NCBI GenBank assembly: GCA_001662655.1
Contig: KV460216.1
Direction: 5' to 3' (one strand)
DNA length: 64,000 bases
Source of the DNA: Pseudogymnoascus verrucosus
Taxonomy: Eukaryota
The position numbers and the translations under genes are program-made. Position 1 is the stretch's first letter, and the number at the start of each line of letters is the position of its first letter. The notes under the pieces are model-generated. The model did not search any database. It had not been told where the DNA came from and saw only the letters and a program-made list of their open reading frames with translations. Positions 26,840 through 39,279 of this stretch are shown here, piece after piece.

Positions 26840-27480
26840 TAAGCCTGGGAAACGCCCAAAATATAGGGCTATTTCTTGGCAAATCCCAAGGCATCCCCCG
26901 AATCTCCAAGACAAACCACCCTCGTCCGGCAGAGAAACCTCTTCATGTCAGTGTTATGGGACCTTTGTATGCGATTCAAAAGATCTTCCCTGAAGTCAAC
27001 TGGCCGCTGGAGATTTCTCCCGACCGATCCTTCCTTGTAGAGGCAGGTACCCATCTCTCGAACTTGGTGTTCTCGACCATCTACGGCTGTGGCCCAGATA
27101 AGTATCACAGCGATGACTTTGTATTCAAAAGCGCTGCATAGAATCGATTGAAAGGCTCCGCTCCCACTCTGTAGGCCCCCTGTCTTCTATCCGATTTATA
27201 GACAGGCGAAAAATAATTTCTGATGAAATGCTAATGCTATACGACTAGTGATGGAGTGAACTTCGAAGCAATATTTGATCATCTCGTGCCCTCCGGCGTT
27301 AATAATCCTGAGGTCCTTCAAATAAACATTGTGGATCCAGAGGAGAAGGAGTCAAATGATAGATATCTAAAGATTGTTATCAATCTAGAGGAGCACAGAG
27401 GGACCTTCATCGCGGTCCCAAGATGCTGCCAAGTCAGAGTCGGATCTACCGAGCGCGCACGGGTCAATGACCTACCTTGA
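26840..27480 (+). pseudogene. Probable degraded fungal hypothetical-protein gene
   Basis: Protein-like frame HPRPAEKPLHVSVMGPL..FVFKSAA with in-frame TAG at 27139-27141, then an intron (GTAGGC..GCTAAT..TAG) and exon FDHLVP..PEVLQINI..AVPRCCQ; no ATG found at the inferred N-terminus. Confidence 0.45.
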
Positions 27481-27657
27481 TGATGGAGTAGTCAATGAAA
27501 TGGACCCAGGGTGACTATTGTGGGAATGGCTGAGTTTGAATTCAAATGATGATGTCAGGTGGAGAGAATGCACGGGGTTATTGATTTATTACACAGCATT
27601 TTTAACTTTTACCCAATCGTTTCGTACCACTCACGACTGCAATGCAACCCCAAGACA

Positions 27658-28182
27658 CTACATCTTGTTTATCCCATCGCGTCCAACACTACTCGTTGAG
27701 GACTGGTAGATACCGCTGTATCCCTCCACGGTTTCCCCCATTTCCTCGAAGACAATCTGTGCGAGCTTGGCATCCTTGTACAGAACAACTCCGTTGGGAT
27801 TCTTCACCTCCATCAACGCTCCCATAGCACCCTCATACCCAGCATCAACTACACCAGCACTGATTCCCACGCCGGACCGCCATAGCGAAGATCTAGGGAA
27901 AACGCTTGCCATGCAGTTTCGTGGAATTTGAACCGTTTCGTTGAAATCGATCAAGTAAGCGCCTGGTTGTAGTGTAATTGTGTGGTTGGTGCTGTCGAAA
28001 GGTAAGTTAGAAACTTGCGCCGCCTGGCGATTGGAATTATCAAAATCAATCGTAGCCGCAGAGGTCCATTTAGAAACCTGACGCAGAGTAAGGTCAACAC
28101 CGCATGGCTGTTGTTGCTGGGCGACATGTCGCAGGTTGCGCACCAATTGGCGGGTGACGATTTCGAGTCCACTGAGAATCAT
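27658..28182 (-). CDS. Trimeric dUTPase / dCTP-deaminase family protein, prokaryotic-like, intronless
   Basis: QPCGVDLTL (motif 1), PRSSLWR (motif 2), GVVDAGYEG (motif 3), LAQIVF (motif 4), GYSGIYQ. Confidence 0.88.
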   Translation of the reverse strand: MILSGLEIVTRQLVRNLRHVAQQQQPCGVDLTLRQVSKWTSAATIDFDNSNRQAAQVSNLPFDSTNHTITLQPGAYLIDFNETVQIPRNCMASVFPRSSLWRSGVGISAGVVDAGYEGAMGALMEVKNPNGVVLYKDAKLAQIVFEEMGETVEGYSGIYQSSTSSVGRDGINKM

Positions 28183-29566
28183 AGTGATGATTGGGAACGG
28201 AATAGCCTAGGTTACTGGAATTGGCACCTCGTCTGGTTGCCTTTGTCACTTGAGATTAATAAGCTAGCTGGAGTTTGGTTCAAGGCTGTTCGGCTGGCTG
28301 ACTTCGCGACCAGTGTATGTATGAATTTGATCTGTCCACAGGATTAGAGAGAGATCTTCCCAGAACACCTATTTCGGGAGCTCGCAGTCACACCAGAAAA
28401 CGACCTGCAGCACGAACTGTATATGATATCAAGCCCTTTGATGCGATTGTAAGCCCAGAATTCTCTTCCTGAAGCGAAGTCTAAGTCGTCGGCATCGCAG
28501 CTTATTATCCTTTTATTTGGGGAAAAATTCCTTATTCAAGATAAATGTTTCGGCTGACCACGACGAGTATGATGTGAGAATTTATATTACATAGCATAAG
28601 TGCTTTGGCTTATTCCCTGAATTGTACGAGCAGATTACAGACCTGAAGAGACTCACTATCTTCGTAAAGACAATGCAAAACAACGTTGGCGAGGCGACCA
28701 AGCCATTCTATCTCGCAGCAGCCAAGGAATGTGCAAGAAGGATAAAGAGTTTGTGCCAAAGACCATGAAACTCGATGACACATCTCCCCCAAATTATTCA
28801 CCAGAGAGAATCTGGGAGATTAGAAGTCCAAGTAGATTGGCAAGTCCTAAAACCCGAGTTTTCGTCTTATGAGCTGCTGGATATGGCACGACACTGGAAA
28901 TATGAGTATGGACGAAGCGGTGAGTCTGACTCCGACATTTTTCCCGGACTTATAAGCTTGAGTCCGGAACCTTGCTCATAAATTAAGTTTAGCTATGGCC
29001 TGCAAGATGAGTACGACATCTGTAGACACGACAAGCGCTTCGGCCCGTTCCTGGGATGATAATAGCCACGTTCAACACGCGCCCCTGGCTGGCAATTCGC
29101 TGTAAACAAAGAAAAAACAGTCCTAGGAGAATAATTGTACATAATGGCGGTTAAGTCGGGAGTTAAGTTGTCCGTGATAACATCCCTGATAAGGTGGTGG
29201 GGGATGACGCGCACGCCATGTTGATCTTAAATCGCAAATTAGGGTAACGAACCACGGCATTCTGGATGCCGACATACCGCGATTTCGTGGGGGGGAAAAT
29301 GAGAAAACGATCCAGACAAAGCTTCACTGACTTATTGTTACATACATAGTATATTTAAATAGAGTTAAGTGTAAGGATCTTAAGGCGGGGTGAATTACCC
29401 TGGTAAAATCACAAGTCGCAATGGCGACATATCTACTCATATCGCCGTCATCGGCTATTGCACTGGAGGTCCCATCTGGCTCTCGATATCTATCTTTCAT
29501 GATACTGGTGCCTCAAATATCCATTGACAACGAACTAAACAGTCCAATTTGGTGGCTATTAGAAAC

Positions 29567-31655
29567 ATGAGACAAAGTTTTTTATCTGCCGCTTTATTAG
29601 CGGCCGTTGCCGTTAACTCGACAGCTACCCCTGATCAGCATGCCCTTAACAACACCCCGCTGCCAGACCGTGAAACCCAACGCCCAAATGTGGTTTTTAT
29701 CTTAACGGATGATCAAGATGTGCATCTTGATTCACTGGAATACATGCCACTCCTTCGCAAGCATCTGATTGAAAAGGGCACACAATTCACCAAGCATTAT
29801 TGCACCACGGCTGTGTGCTGCCCATCGAGGGTCACGCTCTGGACTGGAAAGGCTGCACATAACACAAATGTCACAGATGTGTCTCCTCCATATGGTAAAT
29901 GAAAAAATACTCATCTTTATAGCCGGCGAAGCTTACCCTTCTTCCTAGGCGGCTACCCAAAATTTGTTTCTCAGGGGCTGAATAAGAATTATCTCCCGGT
30001 GTGGTTGCAGCAAGCCGGCTACAACACATACTACACTGGCAAGCTCTTCAATGCGCACACGATATTAAACTATTTCGCTCCATTTCCTGGTGGATTTACA
30101 GGAACGGTAACATACCGCTGCTTACTCTGATACCGTCCAAGGCTAATTATCGAAGGAATTTTTACTTGACCCGCATACATATGATTATATGAACAGCGTG
30201 TTCCAGCGCAATAAATTACCACCTGTGAGCCACAAAGGAGAGTATTCTACCGATGTCCTCACCAAAAAGGCGTATGGGCTTTTGGCCGAGGCTGTCAAGG
30301 CTGACAAGCCTTTCTTCCTCACTCTCGCGCCAATCGGACCCCATTCCAATATCAACGTGAAAGACCTCTTGACTCCTCCCTTCGGCGGTATCGTTTTTGA
30401 CGCGCCAATCCCAGCTAAGAGACACGAGAACTTATTCCCAGATGTTAAAGTGCCTCGCACAGCAAACTTCAATCCCGATTCGGTATGTAATCGACCCTTC
30501 AATACTCATTGGGAAAGTTATCATATTGTATTCTAACTCTGCTTGAAGCCATCGGGGGCCAATTGGGTCCGCGAGTTAAAGCAGCTAAATGAGACGAACA
30601 TCGAGTACATCGACCACTTTTATCGATCGCGCCTCCGAGCACTTCAGGCGGTGGACGAATTGGTGGAGGGAGTCATTGCTAAATTGGAAGATTATGGCAT
30701 ACTGGATAACACTTATATCGTGTACAGCAGCGACAACGGGTTTCATATTGGACAGCATCGCCTGCAGCCTGGCAAGTCCTGTGGTTATGAAGAGGATATC
30801 AACGTTCCCCTGATTATTCGCGGACCTGGAATATCTGCCAATTTGACGACGGACGTAGTATCCACTCACACAGACCTTGCACCGACATTCTTCGAGCTCT
30901 TGGGAATACCTCTCAGGGACGATTTTGACGGGACACCAATCCCACTTACGAAAGAAGCCATTGCCCAGGCAAAGAACTCGGGCACAAGACGAGAGCATGT
31001 TGGCGTTGAGTACTGGGGTATTGCGGGGGGTGAAGGTATCTATGACAGCGGTAAGACATGCGTTATATCCCCTTTAAATGTGTTTGATGGCTGACGTTTG
31101 ACTAGGCCTGGTTGGTCCGCGGAACAACACCTATAAATCTATTCGGCTTTATGGGGAAGGCTATAACCTCTACTATTCTACCTGGTGCAGCAATGAGCAT
31201 GAGCTCTACAATTTAGATGTATGTCTCCATGCAGTGTAACAAGCTACCAGTGATATAAACCTGCCGCTAACCTAATTATTTTTCAGGATGACCCTGGACA
31301 ACTCAATAACCTACTTTTTGAGGAAGATGGACCCAAGCCATCCACAAAGCCTCTTACACTGCTAGGCTACCCAGTCTCCAAAATTGTTGCCAGACTTGAC
31401 ACGCTGTTGTTCTTGCTGAAGTCATGCAAGGGCCAGGTTTGTGTAAAGCCATGGGAGAAACTGCATCCCGAAGGGGACGTACATACGCTAAAGGACGCAT
31501 TGTCTTCGAATTTTGACAATTTCTACGAGATCGAGCAGACGAGAGTCAGCTTCACTACCTGTCAGCCGGGATATATTATTAGTGCCGAAGGCCCGCAGTT
31601 TGATCAAGATGGGCTTATCTTCAGGGATGGCCTATCCTGGGACCAGTGGACTTGA
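29567..31655 (+). CDS. Secreted arylsulfatase (formylglycine-dependent)
   Basis: RPNVVFILTDDQD, CCPSR..LWTG motif, YTGKLFNAH, SSDNGFHIGQH, GKSCGYEEDINVP; signal peptide; multiple introns. Confidence 0.95.
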
Positions 31656-32361
31656 GTCCGGTGATGGTGGGGAATAAATTGTGTCTGGGCGAGCGAACAA
31701 TTTATTCGCTATTTAATTGTCATATATGCGATAAATATAAACATGAGAATTTGCCCATTTAAATTAAAGCAGGCATTATATACATTCTTAAGGCTGGATA
31801 TATTTTCGAAGGTTATGTTAGGTAGGCGATTTGTTTTTGGTTCTCAGATACCCATGGAACTTTAATTGGGAGCATGTGTCGACACCAACAATTTATTCTA
31901 CCAAATCGGCAGGCCTGGCCTTTTTAATCCAAACTCCATGAATGACCTCCAATGCAATTAAATATGCATATTCAAAGCCCACAAATAATGGTACTGACCG
32001 ATAACGGACTGTGATTTTTATGGTTGATTTCGCACGGCATTAAGGAATGCCGTGCTCTCGTGATTCTGCACGAAATTACGTGATTACCCACTCCAACAAG
32101 CATAGCGATGCACACTTTATCAGCAGGACTTATACCAGGAACATGGCGAACACAGAGCTTTTGGCGATTTAGTCGCGAAATAAAGTTGACTATACTCCCG
32201 CGTTGGCCTATTGATAGTAGGGTGGGTTTTGTTTCCGGGACATCCTTTCTGAGTGTAACCATCGCACATGACACATCTTCCAACAAGTTTCTGACGACAG
32301 CACACTTGTACGGCGGAATCCAAAGGAAACCATTGAATACGAACCTATAAAACAAGCAAGT

Positions 32362-34702
32362 ATGGGGATCGGCACGGATACCAAAATCGGGTTCCCACAA
32401 GATAACGAGGAATCACCATTGCTTGTGTCGAACCCGTCCCAGTCGACCACCATCTGTGGAAGTTCCAGCGGCACAGACACTGAAGGCGACGTCGAGAATG
32501 CAGCAGATGAATACTCTCCGAAGGCAACGAAGAGGTCAATAACTGTCATTATCACGGCTTTATTAATCGGTTCGTCTTGTTATCATAATTCTTGTCACAT
32601 GATGGGTTGGCTGACCTCGATGCTCAGGGGTTTTCATTGCTAACGCCGATGGGTCTCTACTTTTGGCTACCAATGGCTGGATTGCGTCTGAATTCAATGA
32701 TCTTGAGAATGCAAGCTGGTTGGTGACGAGCTATGTGTTGACGTTGTGTGCGGCACAACCCCTTGTAAGTGATGGTTAATCTTCTTGCGGCACTTATGGG
32801 TATACAGGAATATTAACCAGATTGGAATTTATAGTACATCAAGCTCAGCGATATATATGGTCGAAGGACTATGATCTTGATCGCGTATAGTATCTTTGGA
32901 ATTGGCTGGTGAGTGTCGCACCTTTGCTTCATTATGTGAGAAAGCTAACAAAAGACCCAGTGCAATTTGGTGAGTTACTGATACTAGCTCCATTTTTTCT
33001 CCAGTTATCATACCAATGGCAATACTAAATTAAAATGCAGTGCCTTGGGCCAGTCCTTGCTAATTGTAGTAGCTGGACGGATTGTTTCTGGGATAGGTGG
33101 GGCCGGTATGGACTCCTTGGTAAATATCTTGATCACAGGTGAGTGCCCATATCGCATGTGGTGGCTATTATCGCTGACATCTAAAAAGATCTGGTACCCC
33201 CGAGAGATGTTGGGTCCTGGAGAAGCTATGTGAATATTGTAGCTACAACTGGCCGTTCACTTGGTGGGCCAGTTGGTGGGTACCTGGCAGACACAGTTGG
33301 ATGGCGATGGTATGCCCTTTTTAATCGCAGATATATTTGATCTGATCTGATAACCTCTAGGTCTTTCCTTGGACAATGTCCCCTTACACTTCTTGCAATC
33401 ATATCAACATACCTCCTTGTTCCCAAGCAAACCGCAACGCGGACAGGGGATGTGAAGGAAGGGAGCAAGCTTGCACGGATTGATTTTGCTGGAGCATTCT
33501 TGCTGGCGGCCACAATCCTGTTCTTCCTTCTGCCACTTGAGATTACAGGAGAGAAAATACCTTGGACGCATCCTTTTGTCCTGGGATTATTTGCGTCATC
33601 CATAACGATGGGGGTTCTCTTCGTGGTCGTTGAGACTCATTGGGCCAAAGAGCCGATATTCCCGCTCAACCTCCTCCGTTCTCGACATGTCGTTATCCCA
33701 GATATTCTTGTATTTCTTCAATTGGCTGCACAATTAGGCGTATGTGCTCCAGAACCCCCCTTATACGCATAAGTCACTAATACTATTTGGAATCACGGCA
33801 GATGATGTATACAGTCCCTCTATATTTCCAAGTCACCCAGGACGCATCGACTGCAGTTGCTGGAGCGCATCTATTTCCCGCCGTGACAGGCGTTGCTGTG
33901 GCAGGGCTCCTTTCGGGCTATCTAATAAAAAAGTACTCATACCGAGTTAACTCCATAAGACTCTGCTAACTTATACGTTCTGTATCATAGGACTGGACGT
34001 TATAAGGCGCTTCTTACAATTGCCTCAGCCTGCGCATCTATATCGTATCTCCTCCTTATTCTCCGCTGGCACGGCCATACAAACTGGCTAGAGTCATTAT
34101 ATGTTGTACCCGGGTAAGACCCTCAAGCACTAGTTGCCCTGGAAGATTAGCTACTAATGGGCTGTAAAGAGGGTTTGGTAGTGGGATGCTCAACTCAGCT
34201 GCCTTCGTCGCTCTCACAGCGACCATCAACCGCGATCAAATAGCCATGGCTGCCTCGACATTTTTTCTAAGCGCCAATGCAGGCATGGCTGTTGGCATGG
34301 CATCTGCAAGTGCAGTTATACAGAGTGGCCTAAGAAGTGGCCTAGAGGCGAGGCTGGGTGATATTCCAAATAGAGCTCTGGTACGTCGCTCTCCGATTGG
34401 CTGTTTTCTCAGCTGGTATATTAGTTAATCCCAAACTTGGGTACAAACTGACAACCATTCTTGAACAGGTCATCAAAAAATCGATGTCGAGCATTGATTA
34501 CATCCAGTCACTCGAGGGAGATGTAAAGAGCATCGTGGTGAGTGTCTATACGGACAGCTTACAAAAGTCTCATTGTATGTATAGTGATGATGTTCTGAAC
34601 TAGGCGCAACGAAGCTGATATATTGTGTTTCTAGATCTAAACCTTGGGTTTGCAGTCACTGGAATTTTCGTGAGCTTGCTTGTGGAAGAGGTTCAAATAT
34701 AG
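32362..34702 (+). CDS. MFS transporter, DHA2/Vba-like
   Basis: ASWLVTSY, KLSDIYGRR, GRIVSGIGGAG, GRSLGGPVGGYLADTVGWRW, RIDFAGA, AKEPIFP, PLYFQ; many short introns. Confidence 0.9.
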
Positions 34703-34992
34703 TGGTCATAAAATCTTTAGTTGGCCAACAATCGTATCAAGTTTCGACGCCTGGGTACGGACAGGAATGAAAGGTAGTCAAATTATGGCAATGGGCATAC
34801 AGCAAGCAATTCCTGGAAGCATCACATTTGGTATCGGGATCTCAGAGCCTCTAATATAAAATGTAGATCAATAGAATACAAGCCATCAGCGTTTGCTATT
34901 GTATCGAGGAGCTTTCATAATACATCGCCAAAAAAAACTGTTCACAATTTAATTAAAGCATCTCACAACCCCCAACAACACCATAACATCCC

Positions 34993-35952
34993 CTAAAATC
35001 CCATGAAAGATGCAAAAGCTTTCCATCTGGTGCTAATTGGTGAATCCAAGAACCCCTTATTCGGATTTAACTCCACCAACAGACAGTTCCCGGACACCAC
35101 CATGGGTGTTCCCTTCGTCGCAACAATTGCCGTCATTATCAGCTCCGCCAACGCCGGAAGTGCCATTGCAGGAGCCATTTGCGATGGATTGCCAAGAGAC
35201 ATGATGCCGAAGAGAGTCGAAATGGAAAATGTCACCGTCTGCAGGATTCGGAACTGACTAAACCGTGCTCCCTGTTGCAGATAGTCGAGGCCTTGGTAAG
35301 GAGTACACCCATTGAGATTCGTGACTTCGTATGCTACCCGTCCAAGATCGGAGTGCCAGCGCTGGATGACCAATGCTAGTGAGGCGGGATATTGGAAGAT
35401 GAGAGGGATTGCCGCGAAGACAGTGTAGAATTGCGAGAGGTCGAACCACATGGCCCAGCCGAGTACAGACATCCACCCTCCAGTTTTGAAGCTTGCTTGT
35501 GTCATCCCAAAAGCTACCACCCACGCAACGAAGAGGAATGGCGACAGGAGTAGTTGGAGGATATTGAACGGCGTGATGGAGAAACTGGAAACGACTTGTC
35601 CATTAATCTCATGTGACGATGTGCTGAAGCAATTGATCGGTGGGTTTATCAAGATGTACTGCACCAGCGCTTGCGGCCAGCTGGGCATGAACGCAGCATC
35701 TTGAGGTGTACTGTCGACGATGGTGAGGTTATAGAGTTTGCGAAACGCTTCAATATCTTCGGTTTTTTTCGACAGTTTCCAGAAGTTCTGTCCGGTTTCG
35801 CTACGATTCGCATCAGTTGTATCCTCGCGCCTGAGAAGCTCTGGTTGGGTTCCAGAGTACAAGGCTGGATTTCTCGGAGCCAATAGGCCTAGTGCGGTAT
35901 GGCCCCCACTGCTGATCGCTAGAATTGTGAGAACATAGCGGAGGATCCACAT
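34993..35952 (-). CDS. Hypothetical multi-pass membrane protein with signal peptide
   Basis: 319-aa intronless ORF, hydrophobic N-terminus and several hydrophobic segments. Confidence 0.65.
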   Translation of the reverse strand: MWILRYVLTILAISSGGHTALGLLAPRNPALYSGTQPELLRREDTTDANRSETGQNFWKLSKKTEDIEAFRKLYNLTIVDSTPQDAAFMPSWPQALVQYILINPPINCFSTSSHEINGQVVSSFSITPFNILQLLLSPFLFVAWVVAFGMTQASFKTGGWMSVLGWAMWFDLSQFYTVFAAIPLIFQYPASLALVIQRWHSDLGRVAYEVTNLNGCTPYQGLDYLQQGARFSQFRILQTVTFSISTLFGIMSLGNPSQMAPAMALPALAELIMTAIVATKGTPMVVSGNCLLVELNPNKGFLDSPISTRWKAFASFMGF

Positions 35953-36402
35953 CGCGAATGCTAAAACATACAGATTTGATGACTTACGATTGTTTACATG
36001 TCTGTAGTCAGATCCCTTGGAGAATATCTAATATTTATGACCAAGGGCTCCAGTACCAGCGCGTTCCAACTTCAGTGAGGCTATTCCAGGCTGACCACCT
36101 GTCAGGCTTGCCCGTTTTGCACAGCCACCACAATGCAATGCCCCAAGCATTTCAGCCTTACTTTAAGTTCCCGCCCATATATATGTGAGGGATTTTAAGA
36201 TTTGACCGTTGAAATTGTAGTAGAGAAGTAAAACTCCTCGAACAGCGAAGAATCTAAATTACTCGCCCGAAACGGTCTTCATACGATGCTTCAAGAAGCA
36301 CTGTAGTTGTTTTTGTTTTTCTTGTAGGACAGAAGAGATGCCTTGCCACCGGGAGCTTCGATGGTGGAGTTGAACCACCCTTCAAAAAAATTCAAAAATT
36401 AT

Positions 36403-36509
36403 GGGCTCAACCGGGATTTGAACCCGGGACCTGTCACATTCAAGCATCTGTTCTTTGAGAACAGGGGATGAATCCCGAAGCAACAATCATACGACTAGAC
36501 CATTGAGCC
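36403..36509 (-). tRNA. tRNA-Pro(CGG) with ~35-nt intron
   Basis: GGCTCAA acceptor stem pairs with TTGAGCC; TGGTCTAGTCG A-box; GTTGC-TT-CGG anticodon arm; CCGGGTTCAAATCCCGG T-arm; downstream T-run terminator. Confidence 0.92.
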
Positions 36510-37171
36510 TGTGATTTTCATCTTATGCGTCAAATGCGGCGTCTTTGTGAAGGAGAGTGTCACTCAAATGTTTAGACTAAGCTTGGCATATTGTTTCCTA
36601 AATATCGCTCGGTGTAGACCCTGCCAAAACTAGCTGACAGGGTGCGGCCAAGCACATCCTTGCCCTATACTGAATAATCTATACCACTGTGTGCACTGAT
36701 AGGAGGGCTGAGTGCCGTCACCCTTCACTCCGTGGATGGGTTGCATTCAAGATACCAGCCAATCCGACGATCAGCCTCATCATATCATCAAGCAGGTGAG
36801 CATTAAGCTTCAGTTTGGAATGTGACAGCTCAGGACCCCTGTATTCAGCCCAAACTTTGACTGTCTGCACTGTATAGTAAGGCAGTTTAGGCCCAAGCCA
36901 CGAAGCTGTAGCTCCGATAAAATCCGGGCAAATACCACAAAAATATTTCGAACATTGCGGAATGGTACCTTTTCAGAGAGATAGGTCCTAATAAATGGCA
37001 GCAAAATCATTAATGTGATAAATCGTCCGGGGAAAAATACGTGGGTACTATGTATCCTCTGGGGGAGACTGTCTGATTTGACTAAGAAGTTTATCTGATT
37101 TATTTACATTGCAAACATCTAAAACCCAGCAACACCAAGCTCTGTAAACAACAGGCGTCGCATCTTGTCCA

Positions 37172-38200
37172 TTATGCGGTTTTTAGCCATCCCATGAGTG
37201 CTTCGTGATACCTATCTGGGGCTTGAATCTGTGGCGCGTGGCCAAGGTCGGGAAACGCAATTAATTTTCCGTTGGGAATCATCGCAGCAACCTGTGGACC
37301 AAGTACATCGTAGTGGCCTAGTATTGCCTGAACTGCCGGGGGAGACCACTGAGCCCCAATGGCGGTGTTATCCTTGGCACCAATGAGCAGGAGCGTCTTT
37401 GGCTTCAAGAGATGAAACTCATAAACGACTGGCTGTGTGAGAACCATGTCAACAACAAGAGCCTGGTTCCAGGCGTAATCAATGCCTTTGGATCCCGAGT
37501 AAATTCCGACAAGCATATTCACCCAGGTGTCGTAGGCTGGAGCCCAGGTTCCCACGTAGTAGGTAGCCTGTTCGTAGCCGCGGATAGAGTTATAGGTGCT
37601 TGCTTGCTCGTTGGCCCACGAGATGTCAGTGTTGATATATGGTACGCCAAGAGCTTTCCAGTCCTCGAGACCGATAGGATTCGTCAGAACCAACTCCGTC
37701 ACGTTGCTAGGATACATCAAGGAAAAGCGCGTGGCGAGCATGCCGCCCATTGAATGGCCGATGAGAGTAACCTTATCGATGCCGAGGGTTTTCAGCAGAC
37801 CTAATGTGTTCATTGCGAACTGCTGCAGACTGAATTGGTACGTTTTTGGCTTGGATGATTTGCAGAAGCCAATCTGGTCAGGGAGAATGACGCGATAGCC
37901 AGCTGCAGTAAGCTTGTCCGCGGTCTCCTTCCAAGTTGGTCCACAGAAGTTTTTGCCATGCAGGAGCACGGCGGTCTTGCCATTAGGTGGACCCGTTGGC
38001 GCAACGTCCATGAAGGCCATCTCGAGCCTCTGTTTTCTTTGCGTCTCGAATTGATAGAGCTTCACGGGCCAGGGATAGACAAACTTAGAACCATTCAGGT
38101 CGAATGGGATATCGCGCTCCTTGATAGAGTCATTGGAGGTGGCGGAGACAAGACCGAACAGGCCTAGGCCGAGGATTGCAATGCATTGTAGTCCCTTCAT
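37172..38200 (-). CDS. Secreted alpha/beta hydrolase of a bacterial-type subfamily, intronless
   Basis: LLHGKNFCGPTW, PDQIGFCKSSKP, GHSMGG nucleophile, NPIGLEDW, GHAPQ; signal peptide MKGLQCIAILGLGLFG. Confidence 0.9.
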   Translation of the reverse strand: MKGLQCIAILGLGLFGLVSATSNDSIKERDIPFDLNGSKFVYPWPVKLYQFETQRKQRLEMAFMDVAPTGPPNGKTAVLLHGKNFCGPTWKETADKLTAAGYRVILPDQIGFCKSSKPKTYQFSLQQFAMNTLGLLKTLGIDKVTLIGHSMGGMLATRFSLMYPSNVTELVLTNPIGLEDWKALGVPYINTDISWANEQASTYNSIRGYEQATYYVGTWAPAYDTWVNMLVGIYSGSKGIDYAWNQALVVDMVLTQPVVYEFHLLKPKTLLLIGAKDNTAIGAQWSPPAVQAILGHYDVLGPQVAAMIPNGKLIAFPDLGHAPQIQAPDRYHEALMGWLKTA

Positions 38201-39279
38201 GGCTGTAATCTGATTTGGCAGGCTGATCTCAAAGTTAGTTCTCCTCCTGGAAACCAAACACGCCGTCGTATATGGTCACAACGCGGGTTTGCGATTGTAG
38301 CAGGGTTGGTGGGGTTGACCGACCTTCAGGAACCTAGGATCTACTTGATGTCTCACCGAACAATCGCGAGGGGATTGTATCACAGAAGAGATATATAGTA
38401 AACAAAACAAGCAGAATACAGCTCAGTGAAGATATTACATTTAACAAGATGGGATCCAGCCGAGAGCCAGTGGAGAACTCATGTCAACAACAGTGGAGGA
38501 CCAACGCCGTATTCTCGCCATTTTGCGCACTCCACGAAATTAGATATCACAAGGTAGAGGTACACTCGAGGGGAGATATATAGCTATACCACAGCACAAA
38601 TACCCCATCTGCCCAAGGTAGTGATACAACATCACCCAGCACCCACTGAGGTTACTGGGGTCAATATGGGTAGCATCGTTCTTCTTGGGGTGCTCACTGT
38701 GGGGATTCGGACTATTACCCCTCCTTCATCTCATAACTTTCTTACAACGTGCATATCTCATTTCCGGTCCAACTCATCGGCGGTACCTCGTTTATCCGTA
38801 GAATAAAGTACCAAACTTCCACTTTAGTAGCAAGTCCGGCTGACATGGCTGCAACCTGGTTCGGTACTTTCCTATTTTAGGAAGTCGCAAGTAGATCGGA
38901 ACGGGATAGGATTCGGCCCGCTAGGGACTTTGTGGACCTTCTTCATTGAGCAACATGGAAATGCATAGAGTTGGAAAAAAAAACAGGGAAGCCATCGTGA
39001 GATGCCACCGTGTACCAAAGTAAGCATGTCGCGTCGATCATCGCATGCCAGTATGCGGCTATTTCGTAGCTCGGTCTCATGTTCAGTGAAATGGCACATT
39101 TCAATGCCGTTTAGGGCTGATTAAGGCTGCATTGTTGAGTTATCTGCGATTTGGGACGGCGATGGTGAGTGTATATTTGGGCGACTGCCCCAGATTTATC
39201 ATGTTGGCTTTCTCTTCTTCCCTTCGGCGCATGTCCGACATCTTCTCCTCGCTGATGGGAATCTCACGTCGTAATTACG

